Positions 25,116 through 38,528 of a DNA stretch of 64,000 nucleotides are shown here, piece by piece (position 1 is the stretch's first letter; every line of letters begins with the position of its first letter). A program made the position numbers and the translations under genes. Source of the DNA: Malacoraja senta (taxonomy: Eukaryota); contig JAXLNO010000293.1 in assembly GCA_038087875.1 (NCBI GenBank), positions 62,001-126,000 of the forward strand. The letters are read 5' to 3'. A model generated the notes under the pieces. That model had not been told where the DNA came from. It ran no database searches and saw nothing but the letters and a program-made list of their open reading frames with translations.

Positions 25116-26206
25116 TCAGAAATCAGTTAGTGACAAGCTTTGAGTTTAAAGTGTGAAGATGTTAAAGGGGATGATTGAGGTATAAGTGAGGAGAGAATCA
25201 GGCTGGCAGATGGCATAATATATCCTGATTACACGATAATCAGAAAACAATATGGTCTGAACGAGAGCTAGAACGAAAGCATTAAATTCTCCAAGTAAAC
25301 TTTAGCAAGTTTTAGAGATATAGGTTTCAAAAGTCTTTTATTGTCAATGTACCAATTAAGGTACAGTGATATGCGAATTACCATACAGCCATACCAAAAA
25401 AGCAACAAGACACACAAGTACATAAACGTTAACATAAACATCCACCACAGCGGATTCCCAACATTCCTCACTGTGATGGAAGGCAAAAAGTCAAATCCGC
25501 TTCTTCTATAATATCTTCCTCTATATAGCACGGAAACAGTCCCTTCGGCCCACCGAATCCGCACCGACCACCGATCCCTGCACAACAGCACTATCCCACA
25601 CAAAGTAAGGACAATTTACAATTTTACCGAATGTCTTTGGAGTGTGGGTGGACACCGGAGCACCCGGTGAAAACCCACGCAGGTCACAGGGAGAACGTAC
25701 ATACTCCGTACAGACGGCACCCTAATACCCATCTGAGGCACAAGCATGCCCAAATGGACAACAATGAGAAGAAATTAGGGCAGACACACAGACTGGAAAG
25801 GTTTGGAGGGGTAGACACAAAGTGCCGGAGTAACTCAGCGGGTCAGGCATCATCTCTGGAATTGGCAGATGCTGAAAATATAAAATGAGATGCGAGAAAT
25901 ACTCATCTGGACGGTAGCGTCTGTGGAGAGAGAAACAGAGTTAATGACTCGGGTTGAACACCATTCGTCATCAGTATTAGATCTGAAATGTAAGGTCTGT
26001 TTCACCTTGCAGATGCTGCCTGACCTGCTGATCATTTGGGGCAATGTCTGCTTTTATTCCACATTTTAAGCCGTGCATTTGGTTTGAGCCGCAGGTGTGG
26101 TAACAGATCGCAAAAGTCACTTATTAAATCAGATTCCCGCTGTTTCTGCAATTGTCAAAGTTAGTTCTCAAAGTTACAGCTGGTCTGTGGTCGCACCATG
26201 TGGCTT

Positions 26207-26225
26207 TGCTGCCATCTAGTGGCCG
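26207..26225 (-). promoter_or_regulatory. CTCF consensus motif downstream of TRIM copy A
   Basis: Minus strand reads CGGCCACTAGATGGCAGCA, matching the CCACYAGRKGGCAG core. Confidence 0.55.
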
Positions 26226-26470
26226 AACCAAGAAGTGACGCAGTTAACGCGTTGAAATGAACGGATCGACAGCTCTGACTTCAGTTGCTGTTTATTTCAC
26301 TCTTCCCACATTTACATTCCCCCTGGGTTTATTTCCGCGCTCACCGGGATTTTACGATGCGGAATTTGGGGATTAAATGGAGCCGTTCAGCGTCGACCTG
26401 TTGTCCACCGGGTTTCTGCCCCACAGCCCCTGAGCCCCGCTCCTGACGCCGGTCCCGGGACCCGACCCTT

Positions 26471-29400
26471 TTACACACCCGGAGCGGAACCGGAGCAGAT
26501 TCTCAACCAGTTTATATCCCAAGTTTCGAAGAAAGGATAAAGTTTCTCCGTGAATTTATTCCCAGTGAAGGTGTGGAGATTGGACTTGGTGTCCGCGTCG
26601 TAAAATGAAACTGTCCCGGACTCGTAACTGAGATAAACTCCCACCCTCCCGGGGAAGAGACGGGCGGGGAGAGGGGATGGAGGGGAGGTGAGTGTATCAA
26701 ACAGGCCAACCCACCGCCTGATGCTCCAGACTCCAGTCTCCGGGCTCAGTGTGACCCATCTATTCCTCGCCACAGACTCTGCGGCAACTCCCAGACACCA
26801 TCCCCGACCCCCCGTCACCTCCACCTCCCAGTAATGTCTCCCCGATGTGAATCCCTCCGATGCCAGCACATACGTCCAGACTGTAAACCTTTTCACGGTG
26901 TCAGGGAGACTCCTCCGGGTCCGGGTCAGTCTCACGCTCATTCGATCCTCAGACACCTCGAGCTCCGGATGCGCTGTTTCCACATCCAGGGTGACGGAGA
27001 CTGGGGGGAGAAGCAGAGAATCAGAGAGTCCTCGGGGGTCGGGGGGAGACTCGGGCAACGCGGACCCGGGGGTGAAGCCGCTCGGCCTCAGGCATAGGCG
27101 GGTGGACAACGGAAACCTTGACCGAGTTTCACCCACAACCACATCGGATAGACAACAGACATCTCTCCATGAGTTTTTATCCGGAATGGAGTGGGGAATT
27201 CCGTGAGGCGGGGGGGGGGGGGGGGGTGGACGGGAAGGATGAGTGCGGAGAGTGGGGAGGATTGCGAGATTGCGAGATTGCGGTGGGGATGGAGTAATGA
27301 AGCGGGCTATTCAGATATGGAGGCACATTTGAGCAAGAGCATATCTGAGGTGAGTGGTAATTTGAGGGTGTTAAAGAGGAGGTAGAGGTGTGGTGTGGAG
27401 TCACCATGATCATAGTGAATGGGGGGAGACATGTGGGGCCAGATGATCTGACCTTCTTTGAGTGGAGGGTGAGAGATAGGGAGGGGTGGCTTGGACCTTG
27501 GAAGGAAGCAGAGGTTGAATGATCGGGTGTTAGACATATGAGTGGAGAGTTGTAGTTGTAGGGTCGCTGAAAGAGAGGGGATTCACGGGTGGATTTGATG
27601 CGTGTGTGCAAGAGCACACTGATCTCATTGTGAACCAATATATGAACTTAACCGAGGGACTTGACAATGTTTCGCATGTAAGCCTGGTCCAGAAAGTGAA
27701 GGGAGGTGGGATCCAAGGGGAGCTGGTGAAATGGATCCAAAATTGGCTTGGTGGTTGAAGGTAGAAGATAGCGGTAGAAGTGATTTTTCTGCTTGGAGGT
27801 CTGTGACTGGTGGAGTGCAGCAGAGATCGGTGCTGCAACCTTTGCTGTTTATGTTCTATGTTCATGGCTTGGATGTGAATGTAGGAGGTGTGATTATAAG
27901 TTTGTGCAGGACGCAAAAAATGTGGATAGCAGGGAAGGTTTGCAAAATCTGCAGCAGGATATCGGGGAAATTATCAAAATCGTATTCGCATGCATGGATA
28001 TCAGATCAAGAGAGTGCAGGTTTATTTTTTGAGCAAGGAATTTTAAAGTGGTTCTGTTGGAAGTTGTCTTTACACTGAGAGTGGGTGATATCTGGAACAT
28101 GCTACAGAGGAGGGGGTGGAGTGAGATATAATCACTATATTTGAGGCACAAATAGGTGAGGTGCAGAAAAATACCGATGTAATGTGAACAAATCTATTAC
28201 TGTAGCTGGGGAAAAGGTGGTCATGGACGTTATGTGCCGAAGGGCCTGATTCTGTAATGTACAACCATGGCTCTCAGCTCCAAGAGCACTCAATGACCGA
28301 GTAATCTCGGTCACCGGTGCAGGGAATTCCAAAGGTTCCCCAGTCTCTGCGTGCAGTAATGTCTCCTTATCTCTGTCCTACATGGTGCAGCCCACATTCT
28401 GAGAGGGTGCCCGTTCTCCAGACCACTCGGACAGGGGAAACATTCTCCCTGCATCCTGCCTACTAAGCCCTCTAAGAATTTTGTGTTTCACTGAGATCTC
28501 CTCCTATACACCCAAACTCTCGAGTACACAGGCCTAGTCTACTCAATCTCACCCCGCTCAGCAAACTCATTGTCATAGAAACAAGTATTGTTAATCTTTG
28601 CTGCATTTCCTCTGTGTCAAGTCTGTCAATTTATTGGTACACAGGAGCATATGAACACAAGAAAACAGGAGCAGGATTAGGATCGGCTCCTCAGGCTTGC
28701 CCCTCTATTCAATGTGATCATGGCTGATCTAAGCTGGCACCAATTCCTCTTCTGTGTGAGTTCCCCATAATCTTAATTTTTCCATCTATCAAATATTTAT
28801 TTTAGCCACGTTGCAGATATCCAATAAATCAGCTTTTCACCACCATCGTGGGAACCATATTCCAGATATTCACTGCCCTCTGAGAGATGTAACATCTACA
28901 CACCGCAAGAGAAGCCGCTCTGGAAGGTTGGATCTCATGGAATCCGGGGTGAACTAGCCGATGGAATACAACATTTACCAGAAGGTCGCAGGCAGAGGAT
29001 GTTGGTAGAGGGTCGTTTTTCAGACTGGACACAGAGTCCACTGCTGTTCCTTATTTATTAACACTATTGGGTGTGTATGTAAGTTGCACGGTTAGTCAGT
29101 TTGTAGATGGAGCTAAAATTGGTGACATTGTAGAGAGTGAAAAAGGTTATCTGAGAGTAAATGGGATCCCTGTGAACTGGGCCACTGGGCTCAGGAACGG
29201 CAGGTGGGATGTATTCATGTGAAGGTGAGGTGATGCACTTTGCTGAGACAAACCACGGCAGGACATACACAGTAAACAGGGAACTTTATTGAACTGAGAG
29301 ATCTCGGGCTGCAGGTACACAGGGCCATGGAAGATGCAAAAGTGACAGACAGGGTGGTGAAGAATGTGTGTGTCACTCATGCTTTCACATGTCACGAAAT

Positions 29401-32278
29401 TAATTACAGTGTTTGACACAAAAATGTTGTTGGCAAACTGGAGAGGTTGGAAGAAGATTTACGAGGATTCTATCTGGTCTGGAAGATCAGGTGAGCTTGC
29501 GCAGGTGGGAACATTTGACTTTGGAGCCGATCAGGCTGCCTTTATAGACATGTATCAGATTTATACAAGGTGCACAGATAAGGTGAATAGCCGCAGTATT
29601 TTTCACATCGAACTACAAGAGAAAGGGATTAAGATTTACCTTGCTTTACGACATCAATTGTTTCTCTTAATACGGTGTTGAGCATAAAAGGGTTATCAAA
29701 TCTTTCGATCGGCAAGGCACCATCTACAACTGACAGTGATTTGGCGTCATCATCAACCCTGCAAATATTTAAGGACTGGTTATAAATCGAGCAACAGCAT
29801 GTTTTTGAGCTGTTCTACAAAAACTTTCAGGACGGAGCATATCCTACCTCATCTTGCAACCAGCTTCCTCCTGCAAGAAATAAAACACAAATCGCAATTA
29901 AATGAGATGGACTTTCCTCGTCACGACTTTGGGAATTTCACATAGTTTGCTACAAGCCTTTGATAATTCCTCTTTCCCAACTGAGATTACAGCAACTCTT
30001 TCCTAAGGAGCTTGCAGGCAGTGCTGAGCTCCCATAGTTTATGAGGGAAGCCATTTAGTTTGGAACAACAGCAGCACATTGCAGGGACAGAGGGAAGATT
30101 GACCCAGTTCTGAATCACTGGTGAATGTGGCATTTATTTCACAAATGTCACCCACCATTGTGTGAATGTGCACTTTCACCTATAACCATATAACCATATA
30201 ACCATTACAGCATGGAAACAAGCCATCTCGGCCCTTCAAGTCCGTGCCGAACATTAAAAATAATAATAATAATAATAAATAAATAAATACTTCCCCCTAG
30301 TCCCATCTACCTGCACTCAGACCATAACCCTCCATTCCTTTCCCGTCCATATACCCATCCAATCTATTTTTAAAGGATAAAATCGAACCAGCCTCCACCA
30401 CTTCCACTGGAAGCTCATTCCACACAGCCACCACTCTCTGAGTAAAGAAGTTCCCCCTCATGTTACCTTAATTCTCAAATGATGTCCCCTTGTTTGAATC
30501 TTGCCTACTCTCAATGGAAAAAGCTTATCCACGTCAACTCTGTCTAACCCGCTCATAATTTTAAAGACCTCTATCAAGTCCCCTCTTAACCTTCTGCGCT
30601 CCAAAGAATAAAGACCTAACTTGTTCAACCTTTCTCTGTAACTTAGTTGCTGAAACCCAGGCAACATTCTAGTAAATCTCCTCTGTACTCTCTCTATTTT
30701 GTTGATATCCTTCCTATAATTAGGCGACCAAAATTGTACTCCATACTCCAGAATTGGCCTCACCAATGCCTTGTACAATTTTAACATTACATGCCAACTT
30801 CTATATTCAATGTTCTGATTTATAAAGGCCAGCACCAAATCTGCAGTGTAACCCCCTCGCCTTCAAAAATGACACGTTGTATTTTAGGTCCAGCAGTTCC
30901 TGTAAGCTTTTGACTTCGTTCTCAATAGAATTTAAATTCTCTTGAATCTCGTGAAGATTTGTCTCCATTATATTCAGAATCTTCTTCTCTTCCTCCCGGA
31001 TATCTGCCAGTGCGCGCTTCTCTTTCTCAGTGAGAATTTGGTGCAGTTCAGCAAACTGGGATGTGATCTGTGATTGAAGGTTGTGTGACTGTTTCTGTGA
31101 AATGAAAGGTGAAGATCAACATGTCACTGTATTGTATTTCCTCACGCCATGGAAAGTATTATTTGGCCAATCGACATCCGGGCGTAGAGCGCAGGAAAAG
31201 GCCATTCCACCAACCATATCCATACTGGCCATCCTCACCAATCCCATTTACTTTCATTGAATAGATAGCTTTGATTATCTCGAGAATTCAACAGCTTTTC
31301 TAAATGCTTCGGAAATGTCACACAGAGTGAATCACATTATCCCATGAATCCCATTCCCCTCATCCAATCCCCTGCCGCCCATTCCCATCCACGTCCCCTT
31401 TAATTCCCATTGATTTGCCCACTACCTACTTTCACATGGATGATTTACAATCTTCGATTGACTATCCAACCGGCGTGTCTTTTGGATTTGGAAGGAATCC
31501 GACGCGGTCACAGGGAGAATGGCGTGAACCACACGGGCAGCACCCGAAGTCAGGATCGAACCCGGTCACCAGAACTAGGCGACAGAGGCACTACTTGTGT
31601 CACTACGCTGTCGTATTATTACACGCATCACAGGGATCAAATCTACACAAGATCAGGAAATCCAAACTGGATAGCCTCTCCAGAACTCCAGAAATCTTGT
31701 GTTTCTGTTGCTGCTTCATTCGCTGGAACCATGATTTATAATTCGTGAGGGATTCGATGGAAGCTTTAATCTGATCCTCGGATTGAATTTGGGAATCAGA
31801 TAATTGAATTGTTAGACAAGAGAGATGGAATTAAACAATGATGCGATCAAAATTGGTTTGCTTTTACCTTGTAGGTTTCAACAGCTTCTTTAACCGGTAT
31901 GAAGCTGTGAGACTTGTGTTCCCGCCCAGCGGCACAAATCACACAGATCAGCTTCTTGTCAGTTTCATAAAACAGCTTCAGTTCTTGCTGATGTTCCTCG
32001 CACTGAAGTTCACTTTCCTTCTCTGTCCGATTCAGGCTCAGTGTTCGAGCTTTCTCAGACAGTCTCGCCAAGGCCCGACTAACCCCGAAGGTGCGGTCTG
32101 TAAACTCCTCTCTACAATCTGTGCAGGAGGTTCTCTCCTCCATGTCCCAACTCTGTGTGATACAGGAGCGGCAGAAGTTGTGCCCACACTCCAGTGTAAC
32201 CGGATCGGTGAAGAAATCCATGCAGGTGGGACAAACTACCTCCTCGGTTAAACTCTCGAACCTGTCTTTCGAAGCCAT
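26471..32278 (-). CDS. TRIM (RING, B-box2, coiled coil, PRY-SPRY; TRIM39/TRIM27-like) copy A, 470 aa if all six exons are joined
   Basis: Exons 32278-31868 (411), 31776-31681 (96), 31094-30861 (234), 29870-29848 (23), 29758-29640 (119) and 27000-26471 (530) total 1413 nt with no stops. C3HC4 RING intact. Exon-2 donor is GA, exon-3 donor is GC, and B-box LFC is LFY, so function is uncertain. Confidence 0.7.
30181..30838 (-). mobile_element. CR1 LINE 3' fragment in intron 3 of TRIM copy A only
   Basis: LYKALVRPILEYGVQFWSP..ERVQRRFTR motif and (tatggtta)n tail. Absent at the equivalent site of copies B and D. Confidence 0.9.
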
Positions 32279-35200
32279 TTTAACTGCGCCACTTCCTGGT
32301 TCAAAACGCATTCACTTTCTCGAAACTGCTGAACCCCTGCAGTATCGCGAGTGTCTACTTCGCACGCTGCCGTCTCCGGGAATGAATGTTATTTGCGTGA
32401 AGGTGTCCTGGCCGCTTCCAACTAATCTCACACGAGGGAGGGATCGGTTAGATATTAAAAAGCCCTGAACAGCCCTTGCGGCAGTCGAAGGCAGAACAGA
32501 TAGCTGGAAAGAGAGCAGGAAAGATTTACGTGGATGTTGCCAGGACTCGAGGTCACGAGCGAATGGGAGAAGTTGGGCAGGGTAGGACTTTATTACTTGG
32601 AGCGCAGGAGGCAGCGGTGTTATCTGATAGAGGTGTATACGATCACGAGGGGAATAGATGGGGTGAATTCACAGAGTCTTTTTACCCAGAACTTTTGTGG
32701 GAATCAAGAACCACAGGAATTATGTTTACGTTGAGAGGGAAAAGATTTAACAGAAATCCGAGGGGTAACTTTTCACATCGAAGGTGGTCGCTGTATTAAA
32801 CAAACTACGAGAGGAGGTAGACGAGGTCAGATATAACTGCATTGAAACGCCGTTTGGACAGGTTCGTGGATAGGAAAGGATAGAGGGACATGGGCCAAAC
32901 GCGGGCTGGTGGGATTTGTGCTGATGGGGCATCTTGGTGGGCATGGGCAAGTTGGGCCGAAAGGCCTGTTTCCGTGCAGTGTGACTCTATGACTCTGTGA
33001 GGAAGGGACAGGGACGACGCTGACGAGGCCTCGGGTGTAACTGACTTGCAGTGGAACCCGCCGCCCGCACATCCGTTCACAGCCCGGGATCCGGATGGAT
33101 CCAGACCTCCCTCCGGCTTCATACTAATCCCCGTCACTGCACCTCCCTCTCATACACCAGTCTTCAGCTCACACCTTCCCTCGCCGACAATGGGTCTACC
33201 TTTTGCCTCTTCTCCCCTCTCCCATCAGAAAAATGATGTAGAAGTGTGAAAACCCGCTCCCCCAGATTCAGAGGTAGATAAATATGCTGGAGAAACTCAG
33301 CGGGTGAGGCAGCATCAATGGAGCGAAGGAATAGCTGACATTTCGTGTCGAGACCCTTCTTCAGACTGTTTCCTCCCAGCAGTTGTCAAGCAACTGAATC
33401 ATCCTATACAACTAGACAGCAGAGCTGAACTACTATCTTCCTCATTGGTGACCCTCGGTCGATCCTTGATCGGATTTTACTGGCTTTGTCTTGCAATAAA
33501 CGTTAGCCACGGTTCATGCATCATTCCACTGTAAATGGCAGGATTGTAATCGTGTATTGTCTTTCCGCTGACTGGATAGCACACAACCAATAGTTTTGCA
33601 CTGCACCTCGGTACATGTGACAATAAATTAGACTAAACTAAAGTTGCGGCCAGCTCTGATTAATCTTGGAATTTCCTCGCCTCCAGCTCTTCACCCCACT
33701 CCACTCACCCCACTAGTCTGAAGAAGGGTCCCGACCCGAAACGTAACCCATCCGTTTCCTCCAGAGATGCTGCCTGACCCGCTGGGTTACTCCAGCATTT
33801 GTGCCTATGTTTGGTATCAACTCGCATTTCCAGTTCTTTGTTTCGACACCAAGTCTCAGAGCTTGTTATGTCAGGGCAGAGGGCGGCATTCAAAGTCCGA
33901 CCTCGAGGATTATGGAGAAGGAGGGAAGCAACAGGGGCAGATGATCAGGGTTGTAAAAATGACAAGGTATTGGACCTTTCAAATGAAATGCACTTGCAGT
34001 ATCATGAACTCCATTCAATTTTAATAGACGAATTCAATGGAGATATTTTATGCCATTTCTCTGAATTTGGATAATTTGCACAACATGCAACATGCACAGG
34101 AATCTCGTCGAAAAATGGTTTTCATCTGAATTAAGTGCCTTGGTGCTTCTAATACTGTAAGTTGGAAATAATACCCAAAGTGATAGGACTGTACAGCTTG
34201 CTTTTAAACTCCGATTTTGAATATTCCTGTGTGCAATTAGCAATCACAACATTTCCTATATTGCAAAATAGTGGTTGCATCTCAAAATTATTTTTGTCAG
34301 CACAGCACTTTGGAGTCCCCTATGAGAGATGTGAGGATATTATGTGAATGCAAGAAGGTTCCTAGTTGCACAAACTCGAGCTTGGAAGAAACATTCCATT
34401 TCCGATGCTGAAACTGAAGTTGTGAGTAGACAAAGTAGCCCAAGGTGTCCGTGGGCTTGGAATGGAAACTGGTCGCTCGCCCTTGCCCAGAAATGGAGAC
34501 AGAATCGCCGAGACATGGAAGGATACAGTGGGAACCCAAGCAGAGGAAAGTGGGGACTATTTGTGGGGGATATGAAACATTAACGTGGTGAACGAGAGCA
34601 GGAAGCAGCACTGATACAGACATAGAGTCACAGAGTCACACAGCATGGAAACAGAACATTAAGCACAATTTGGGGAGTCCAGAACCAGGGATCACAGTTT
34701 AATAATAAGGGGTAGGTCATTTAGGACAGATGAGAAAAAATAATCACCTAGACAGTTGTGAATCTGTGGAATTCTCTGCCACTGTGTGAAAGATACATCT
34801 TCTAGATGCGCTGGGATGCATACTCAGTGATGTGACCTTGGGTCATCGCGTGTTTCGGGTCTCACATCATCAGACACCCTCGCCGTAAAAGACAGTGGAG
34901 GCCAATTCAATTGATGTTTTCCAGAGACAGTTAGATTTAGCTCTTAGGGCTAACTGAATCATGGGATATGGGGGAAAAACAGGAACGGGGCACTGATTTT
35001 AGATGATCAGCCATGATCATATTGAATGGCGGTGCTGGCTCAAAAGGCCGAAGGGCATACCCCTTCGCCTATTTTCTATGTTTCTAATTGCTCCATGCCG
35101 ACCGAGATGCCCCATCTAAACTTGTCCCATGTGCCGCGTTCCCCCCCCCCCCCCACCTGTCCAAATGCATTTTTAAATACTCTTACATGCCTGAAACACC

Positions 35201-35889
35201 GGCCACGATGTAACTGAGAAAGCGGCGAGGGAGGGGTGTGGCTACGACAGAAACATGGAAGGTTACCCGCATTCCACAGAGCGGCAGACAGAGCCCACTC
35301 GGAACACCAAAATGTGTCGCCGGGCTTTAGGACCCGGGGGAGCCCGGAGCTGTGGACCCGCCACTGCGGCTGCTGCTGAACCCGCGGTCAACGGGGTTTC
35401 AGGCGCGAAACGGCGGCGGAACATTCAATGAAATGGCGGGGCCCGGCTGAGGGGAGGCGGAGCTCAGGCTCGTCAATCACAGCCCTGACCAGAAAGCGGA
35501 TATCATTTGAAATAAGCTTAGGGTAGTTTTCATTCCCTGAAATTAAATACATCAGTGTTTCCTATCGTGAATTGTTCATTATCTTAGCCTGCACAATAAC
35601 ATCACTTCAATACCAGACACTGTAATGAAGAAGGGTCTCGACCCGAAACGTCACCCATTCCTTCTCTCCAGAGATGCTGCCTGTCCCGCTGAGTTATTCC
35701 AGCATTTTGTGTCTATCGTCGATTTAAACCAGCATCTGCAGTTCCTTCCTATGCGCTCTAATTTTATTTAATAGCCTCATGTGTAAACTTGAATTCATGT
35801 ACCTGTCTAAATGGTTCCTAAGCGTTGTGATAGTACCTGACTCAGGATCAGGATCAGAATAGATTCAGGATCAGTTCCTGTAGATTGGT

Positions 35890-37342
35890 GGATAGATAAT
35901 GTTATCCCACTTTTCAAGAAAGGAGCGAGAGAGAAAACGGGGAATTACAGACCAGTTAGGCTGAAAGATGGTGGAGTCAATTATTTAAAAGGTAATAATG
36001 GGGCATTTGGAAAGCAGTAAAAGGATTAGTTCAAGTCAACATGGATTTATGAAAGGGAAATCATGCTTGACTAATCTACTGGTATTTTTTGATGATGTGA
36101 CAAGTAAAATGGATGAAGGGGTGCTAGTGGATGTAGTGTATCTAGACTTTCAGAAAGCCTTTGATAAGGTCCCGCACGGGAGACTGGTGACTAAAATTAG
36201 AGCACATGGTATTGGGGGTAGGGTGTTGACATGGATAGAAAGTTGGTTGGCAGACCGGAAGCAAAGTGTAGGAGTGAACGGGTCCTTTTCAGAATGGCAG
36301 GCATTGGTGAGTGGTGTGCCGCAAGGCTAGGTGATGGGGCCGCAACTGTTTACCATATATATTAATGATTTGCAAGAGTGAATTAGGAGCAACACTAGCA
36401 AGCTTGCGGATGACACAAAGCAGGGTGGCAGTGTGAACTGTGAAGAGGATGTTAGGAGGTTGCAGGGTGACCTGGACAGGTTGAGTGAATGGGCAGATGC
36501 GTGGCAGATGCAGTATAATATAGATAAATGTGAGGTTATCCACTTTGGCGGCAAAAACAAGGGGGCAGATTATGATCTAAATGGGGTTAGGTTAGGTAAG
36601 GGGAAGGTGCAGCGAGACCTAGGCGTCCTTGTACACCGGTCACTGAAAGTTGGCTTACAGGTACGGCAGGCAGTGAAGAAAGCTAATCGAATGTTGGCCT
36701 TCAATACAAGAGGATTTCAGTATAGCAGTAAAGAGGTTCTTCTGCAGTTGTATAGGGCTCTGGTGAGACCACATCCGGAGTATTGTGTACAGTTTTGGTC
36801 TCCTAATTTGAGGAAGGACATCCTTGTGATTGAGGCAGTGCAGCGTAGGTTCACGAGATTGATCCCTGGGATGGCGGGACTGTCATATGAGGAAAGATTG
36901 AAAAGACTAGGTTTGTATTCATTGGAGTTTAGAACGATGAGGGGGGATCTTATAGAAACATATAAAACTATAAAAGGACCGGACAAGCTAGACGCAAGAA
37001 TTTTTTCCCAATGTTGGGCGAGTCCAGAACCAGGGGCCACAGTCTTAGAATAAGGGGGAGGTCATTTAGGACTGAGGTGAGAAAAAACATTTTCACTCAG
37101 AGAGTTGTGAATTTATGGAATTCCCTGCCACAGACGGCAGTGGAGGCCAAGTCACCGGGTGGATTTAAGAGAGAGTTAGATAGAGCTTTAGGGGCTAGTG
37201 GAGTCAAGGGATATGGGGAGAAGGCAGGCACCGGATATTGATAGGGGACGATCAGCCATGATCACAATGAATGGCGGTGCTGGCTCGAAGGGCCGAATGG
37301 CCTCCTCCTGCATCTATTTTCTATGTTTCTATGTTTCTATGA
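35890..37342 (+). mobile_element. CR1 LINE RT and 3' end
   Basis: QHGFMKGKSCLTNL, YLDFQKAFDKVPH, SGVPQG, ADDTK and a (tttctatg)n tail. Confidence 0.93.
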
Positions 37343-38528
37343 CTCGACTACTTCCTCCAGCAGCTCAATCCATGCACCCACCACCAATTGTGTGAACAAA
37401 GTTACCCTTCATGTAAATTAAATCTTCCCACCCTCCCCTGGAACCCATACCTCTTGTCTTTGTTTTCCCTACTCTTGGCAAGAGACTCTGTGCGTCTACC
37501 CGATCTATTCCTCTCATGATTTTTACATCTCTTCTAAGATCACCCCTCTAAGATCATGGAAAAGCAGCCAACATAATCAAATACTTGTCCCACCCCAGTC
37601 AGTCATTCCTTCTTCTCACTGTTCTTGGCGCCGAAGAGCCTGTTCTAGAGCCTGTTCTATTCCGACATGGCCATCAACAACACCGAGAGACCCACTGTAT
37701 CTCCCACTCCCAACATTCAGCTTTATTCTTCTGCCTTCAAGTAATTTCCCATTTCATTCCTCCCTCCTATTTACACCTCCCTAGTGACACCTTTACCGCC
37801 CTCTTCCGAACGACATCAACACCAATTCATTCACTCTGATATAGCGAACCTGTAGCTCTTGGAATTCCTTCTTCAGACCAAAGAAGTGACCCGACCCCGA
37901 AGCGTGGTCTGTCCATTTCCCTCCACAGATTCTGCCTGGCCCGCTGAGTCCCTCCAGCACTTTGTTTTTTTCCCCCTGAACTATTTCAACTGATTTCTTG
38001 TATCTACCATTTCCAATATTCACTTTGATTTCTCTCACATCAGGGAATTTCCGATTTCATTCCGCCCTTCTATCTCCACCTGCCCCCAAACTCGCCTTTA
38101 CGCCGCTGTTGAAGTCCGCACCAACACCGCTTGTGCCGCGTTGAGACTCGGGGGGGGGAGCTTAGGCCCCGGGGGAGCCCGGAGCTCAGGACCCGCCGCC
38201 CGCGGCTGCTGTTGAACCCGCGGGAAGGGTGATTGTTTCAATCTTTATATTTTCAGAAAAGTAATTTCTGTTCCGTTGACGGACGCGGTTAACGCGTTAA
38301 AATGAACGGATTAACAGACAGCTCTGATTTCAGTTGCTGTTTATTTCACTCTTCCCATATTTACATCCCCCCTGGTTTTATTTCCGCGCTCACTCACTGG
38401 GGTTTCACGACGCGGAATTTGGGGATTAAATGGGAGCCGTTCAGCGCCGACCTGTTGTCCACCCGGTTTCTGCCCCACAGCCCCTGGCTGAGTCGCGCTC
38501 CTGACGCCGGTCCCGGGACCCGACCCTT

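Noticed and set aside
32308..32325. IRF/ISRE-like GAGAAAAGTGAA upstream of the copy A ATG
   Set aside because: Imperfect, short and not conserved in copies B and D.
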